Positions 59,096 through 64,000 of a stretch of 64,000 nt of DNA are shown here, piece by piece. Origin of the DNA: Chrysomallon squamiferum (Eukaryota; Animalia; Mollusca); NCBI GenBank assembly GCA_012295275.1, contig CM022672.1, positions 23,436,001 to 23,500,000 of the forward strand, in the 5' to 3' direction. Numbering within the stretch: the stretch's first letter is position 1; each line of letters begins with the position of its first letter. The translations under genes and the position numbers were made by a program. Under the pieces are notes generated by a model that saw only the letters and a list, made by a program, of their open reading frames with translations, did no database searches and had not been told where the DNA came from.

Positions 59096-59647
59096 CTTCA
59101 CAGCTTCGTAAAGATACGTGTCGAGCTTCTTGTTCAGATCTTTGCATGTTGAATCTGTAGAACGTTTTCCCCATCCTGGTTCACGTTTGCCCCATCCAGG
59201 AGCCCTTTTGCCCCATCCAGGTTCACGTTTGCCCCATCCAGGAGCCCTTTTGCCCCAACCAGGTTCACGTTTGCCCCATCCAGGAGCCCTTTTGCCCCAG
59301 CCAGGTGCTCGTTTACCCCACCCTGGTGCACGCTTATCCAACTCAGAAGTGTCTCTTTTTCCCCAGCCGGGAGCGCGTTTGTCCCACTCTGGGTCTGGCA
59401 ATGAATCGTCGACTTTCCAGCTCAAATCGGAATTCAAGTCATCATCACCAACAAGGTAATTTAAATTTCGCTTTCCCCAACCGGGTGCTCTTTTATGTAA
59501 CACATGCATGTTTTGCGATTTGTCCAAGTTTGTTTCGGCGCTTGTTCGTTCCGAGTCGGCGAAAACGGCGTCCTTGGTTGTGTAGGTGAGGACAACCAAA
59601 ATTTGAAAAAGACCTCTGAATGACGCCATATGTTTTAGTGGGAACAT
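59096..59647 (-). CDS. APGWamide: APGWamide neuropeptide precursor, coding exon 1 (184 codons): signal peptide, 7x APGW-G-KR, 3x EPGW-G-KR, acidic spacers and the start of the C-terminal Cys peptide
   Basis: The ORF contains ten KR-flanked xPGW-G motifs (dibasic convertase sites plus a Gly amide donor). The N-terminus is hydrophobic (GLFQILVVLTY...AVFA). The exon ends at a perfect donor, AAG|GTAAGT, at 59096/59095. A second Met at 59629 is an alternative start. Confidence 0.97.
59163..59336 (-). repeat. Coding tandem repeat: eight 21-nt xPGWGKR units, six of them arranged as three 42-nt APGW+EPGW higher-order units
   Basis: ggttcacgtttgccccatccaggagcccttttgcccc recurs on the plus strand at 59178, 59220 and 59262 (period 42). 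Confidence 0.95.
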
Positions 59648-59709
59648 GACACTCGGTATTGAGCTAGTGACCCGCTGGGAAACCTTTCACATATTTCAAG
59701 TAAATTCAG

Positions 59710-59718
59710 CTTTATATA
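59710..59718 (-). promoter_or_regulatory. TATA box of the APGWamide gene (TATATAAAG); predicted transcription start near 59688
   Basis: Consensus TATA box about 65-70 nt upstream of the ATG, inside a locally GC-richer island that carries other promoter motifs. Confidence 0.6.
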
Positions 59719-59761
59719 CCAACGAAATACATGAATACATAACAATATAATATACTCTCGT

Positions 59762-59860
59762 GGGTGGTGGGTGTGGTTTCTCACAGTGACTTAGTCAGAA
59801 TCCCTCCCATTTGTCAATCTTCCATTGGTCGGAGACAGGAATGTAGGCATTGGGAGGCGG
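59762..59860 (-). promoter_or_regulatory. Proximal promoter motifs: GT/CACCC boxes (59762-59776), palindromic bZIP/AP-1-like TGACTTAGTCA (59787-59797), CCAAT (59824-59828), GC-box-like GGGAGGCGG (~59852-59860)
   Basis: The motifs are read directly from the sequence and cluster 45-145 bp upstream of the TATA box. Their function is inferred. Confidence 0.5.
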
Positions 59861-60052
59861 AAACCATTTCACAAAGTCCACGGACCTTCGCTTTAAAATC
59901 AATAACAAGTAAAATGTATTAGCAGCGATGAGAAAACTGACATTGTCTTTGATCACGGATATAACAGAACGTGACTAATAGAGTTACTTTGTTCTGAGTT
60001 TAAAAAAATAAATACAGATATATATTATTATTATTTTTACATATATATAAAG

Positions 60053-60153
60053 GTATGTATGTATGTATGTATTTATGTATGTATGTGTTTATGTATGTAT
60101 GTATGTATGTATGTATGTATGTATGTATGTATGTATGTATGTATGTATGTATG
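60053..60153. repeat. (GTAT)n microsatellite, ~340 bp upstream of the APGWamide TATA box
   Basis: Direct reading. Confidence 0.96.
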
Positions 60154-60444
60154 TTTACATATATGTTTGTATGTGTAAAACACACACACATACGAACATA
60201 AACACACAAAAGCGTCACCATCTGTATATAACAAATATAATGAAGTCCTAAATGATTATATTTAGAAGTCAACATGTTTGTTTAGGGGGTGAATAGCAAG
60301 GAGGCTCTAATGATCGATACATATTTGAGTGATTGCTAGAATAAACACTGCTTGCTTCATTGGCTTGTAAAGGATTATTTATTAATACTTGTCCAATTAG
60401 CATGCATATATGCATATAACTGACACCTACAAACAAACGAGCAT

Positions 60445-60486
<42 letters not shown>

Positions 60487-60783
60487 TTGTGTGTGTTTTC
60501 AAAGTACTACGAATTATATATTTCAGAATTCTGAAATCAATATGTTTTAGACAAAAATATTCAGGGATAGTCCAGTCAGTTCCGGTAATATTAGTACAAT
60601 TTTCTTAAAGCAATTTCAGTAATTTTATATTATAATTATGTTGAAAGAATGGTATATTATTACTAGTACTACTACTACTACTTAATATTGCTATACAATA
60701 TTTCTACGTTTTAAAATCTTGAATTGGAATACGGCACCCGATAAATGCATCTTAACGTTATCAGTAGCAATTGCAGTATAGAT

Positions 60784-60822
<39 letters not shown>

Positions 60823-60861
60823 TTTGTTTGTTTATTTATTTGTTTGTTTGTTTGCTTTATG

Positions 60862-60896
<35 letters not shown>

Positions 60897-62850
60897 TTAT
60901 TTGTTTTTTGTTTTGCTTTGCTTTATCCATAATCCATATATATAAATATTTCAGACCTGGGGAAACAAACAAAAAAGCTCTCCAAATATGTCACTGCATT
61001 TCATTGAATTTAGTCACACAGCGCAAGCTAAAATACAAGTGTGATTAATACTTGGATATCAAGTAACATATAAAAATGGCCTGAGATCATTTCTGTCGAT
61101 TTTTTTGTACTGTAATGCAAGATAAATACTACTACTACTTGTGCCTCTGCTGTTGCTGCTGTGGCTGCTGCTTCTGCTACCACTAATACTATTACTATTA
61201 CAAATTAACCCTACTACTGCTACTGTTACTACTGTTGCTACTTATCTTACTAGTAGCATTTGTTCCACTGTAATGAAGTATAATTTTACGTGAAATTACA
61301 ATTGTATGCACATTTTAAAACTTTATTTACATTTCTGACTGACATAAAGTTTTACATTGTGCAAGCAGCTGTAATTTTGAACTGGTAGTATTTCATGTTC
61401 CTTTAAATTTTGAATGAGTATACGTTAAACCTCTTATAGATACTTTGGTATACAATTTCATATTTTTGCTAGTATCTGACACATAACGACTCAAAAAAAA
61501 AAAAAAAAAAAGACACAAATTGCTTAACGCGATTTGCCAATTAGTCAAGAATTGTAATAAAAAAAAGAAAAAAGAAGAAAAAAAGACAGAAACGAATACA
61601 ATATAAACAATACCGCAAATAAAGAACAAAAAAAACTGGTTGTATTGAATGTTACCATGCAAAAGTTTAATAAATAAAGGTAAAAAGTGCACTATATGTC
61701 GAGAAAAAACACTGAGAAATACACTCAGTCTTTTTGAACACGCACAATTTAAAAGACAAAATGCGAATTACAGACATAAGGACTGATTAGAAAATTAAAA
61801 GACACACACACAAAGGTAAATGCAATTAGTTCCGTCTCAACGTCTTGTTTATCTTCCATTTCAAACAGTTTGTGTGTAATTAAACCGACTATTGATTTCA
61901 TAGTCAGCTTCTAAGTGTTTTTTCCTCTTTCTCCTTTTTCTGACGTTCTGTATTTTTCCCTTGAAGCATTAGACGTTCCTGGATCAATCCCACTGAAGTG
62001 TAGAGGACAGGGCGAGAGAGAAAGTTTGTATCCAGAGGCTAATACAGTTATTTATGTTTGTTCGTAACTTTAGACGAATATTTGAATCTACGCATAGCAG
62101 CCTTATATTGTTATATTTCTGTATCACGCACTGTTCATTTTTTTTTATCATGATACTAACAGGGAATTAAGTAATAGTATTACAAGAGTAACATTAAAAC
62201 TAGGAGGTTTTTTTTATTTTTTTTTTTTTTTTTTTTTTTTTTTATAGCTTCTATTACTATTAATAACAGTAGTAGTAGTTCAAGAACCGAATCATTTATA
62301 CGGCTTCCAGAAAATCCAGAAAATTGGTTAAATATTTTAAATTTTTAAATTTATTATATTGATTTATTTGTAATTGATTACTTTTAAATTCGTCCGTTTG
62401 GTTTCGTAACGTATCACTGAACCCGCCAGTTTAAGTTGTTTAAGTTGTTGTCCAGAGATCGTATATCAGTATAAAAGATGTTGTAACAGTAAGTCATTAA
62501 AACACAGGTGTACCGAGTGACTGCTAAATGAAATATGATTCTTTTTTCTTTTTCTTTTTTTTTTAAATTTTAGTTTAGTTTTCATCCGATATATTATACA
62601 TGGTGTTGAAAGAAATTTTAGTGCATTAAGAAGTATGTTAATTCGTATCTGTATCTTTTTGAATAAAATTATGTTTTTTTACTTTTCATCCTATTTATTA
62701 TACATGGTATAGTATTCTATACAGCTATTTTAATAATTTTAAAGGATTTTAACTCTGCTTTCAGACTGTATTAACATTTATCTGTTAAATATTGTTTCTT
62801 TCTTTATTTTTCATTATTTATTTAATATTTTAAGCAAATTTTTACCCTGT

Positions 62851-62928
62851 ATCCAAAACTCCGGCAAATCCAGAAATCCGAATCACCTACGGTTCCAAGC
62901 TTGCCGGATAAATGTTGCAGTATCTGTA
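62851..62928. mobile_element. Decayed terminus of a pogo/Tigger-type (Tc1/mariner) non-autonomous element
   Basis: aaatccagaaatccgaatcacctacggttccaagcttgccggataa...CTG followed by TA resembles, from recall, Tigger4/MER46-type ends. A related aaatccagaaa/ccgaatca patch lies at ~62287-62325. Not database-verified. Confidence 0.4.
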
Positions 62929-63050
62929 GCAGTAGGAGCATTTATCCTTCAATATAGTTTTGTGAGGGAAGAAGAGAAAATAGAAATAGCACAGCCAGAA
63001 AACAAACCAATCAACCAGTTAGTCAACTGACCAACAGCCAACAACAATTT

Positions 63051-63051
<1 letters not shown>

Positions 63052-63128
<77 letters not shown>

Positions 63129-63136
63129 CACACACA
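63052..63136. repeat. (CA)n microsatellite
   Basis: Direct reading. Confidence 0.97.
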
Positions 63137-64000
63137 TCAACAAAGGAACCAATAAATCAGTTAACCAATTAAAATATCAGTTAGACAACTAATAAAATGT
63201 CTGCTTTACACATATGAGTGTGGAGGACGCAAAAATACAATTTCATTTACTTCGTAATAAACTTTCGAATAATCCACGTTTCATTCGGTGGACAAAATAA
63301 GATTATAAGAACAAGACTTGAGTCTTTATTTTGTGCAAATTTTGTGGGATTAAATGAGCATTCTAATTTTTTATTCAAATAAGATTACTTTTTTCTCTTA
63401 TTTTATAAATCTCTATATCAAGACACAGATAAACAAATGCTTTCTCATTAATTCCAATCTGTTTGTTGCGTGTGTTCAAATCAAAAAAATCTGTTTTTTA
63501 CATTTAAAGAAAAACACATGATGTATTATTTTCGAAATAAATAGGTATCGTTGTCTCTCTCTATTTATTTTTCGAAAAAAAAAAAGTATTAAAAAACAGA
63601 AGAAAAAATTTAAAACCAAATCCTGCTGTCGTGTGTGATATCTACAGATACAGTTAACATTAGCGTTGCTTCGATGAACATTTCACACACATAATGTGAC
63701 ATGCGCGCGCGCATACACAGAAAACACACACAAACACACATACACATATATACATAATAATATACATACATATATACACACAGAAATATATATAAACACA
63801 CATACATACACACATACACACATTCATACATACATTCATACACAATACATATATACATAAATAATGTATGTGTGTGTGTGTATATATATATAGACATATA
63901 TATATGTATATAGACACACATACATACATACATACATACATACAAACAAGAAAAAAAGAAAAAAGAAATCAACAATGAAAAATAAAATCAGTAATAATAC

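Noticed and set aside
59163-59336. Regular 21/42-nt repeats as a CRISPR-like array
   Set aside because: There are no unique spacers, the repeats are in-frame peptide codons, and the context is eukaryotic with no cas genes.
59118-59589. Plus-strand ORFs 59118-59459 and 59305-59589, and the alternate-frame minus ORF 59134-59331
   Set aside because: They are antisense or frame shadows of the repetitive APGWamide coding sequence and have no independent signals.

Overview
AT-rich, microsatellite-dense eukaryotic genomic DNA. The gene content points to a mollusc, most plausibly a gastropod; this is an inference, not a database result. Almost all ORFs in the supplied track are translations of simple repeats. 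The one gene I can support is an APGWamide neuropeptide precursor on the minus strand. It has two coding exons, 59647-59096 and 46125-46075, joined by a 12,970-bp phase-0 GT-AG intron. The ORF track misses exon 2. The spliced product is a 200-aa prepropeptide with a signal peptide, 7 APGWamide and 3 EPGWamide copies, acidic spacers and a C-terminal Cys-X24-Cys peptide. A TATA/CCAAT promoter lies just upstream. Non-coding structures of note are an intronic inverted duplication with a 151-bp perfectly identical tract, two fold-back palindromes built around (TA)n tracts, several minisatellites, and decayed SINE- and pogo/Tigger-like fragments. Bases 1-46,000 hold no recognisable protein-coding exon, only weak exon-like candidates. 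I see no sign of a wholly new multi-gene system. The best novelty candidates are the EPGWamide variant and the intronic inverted repeat.
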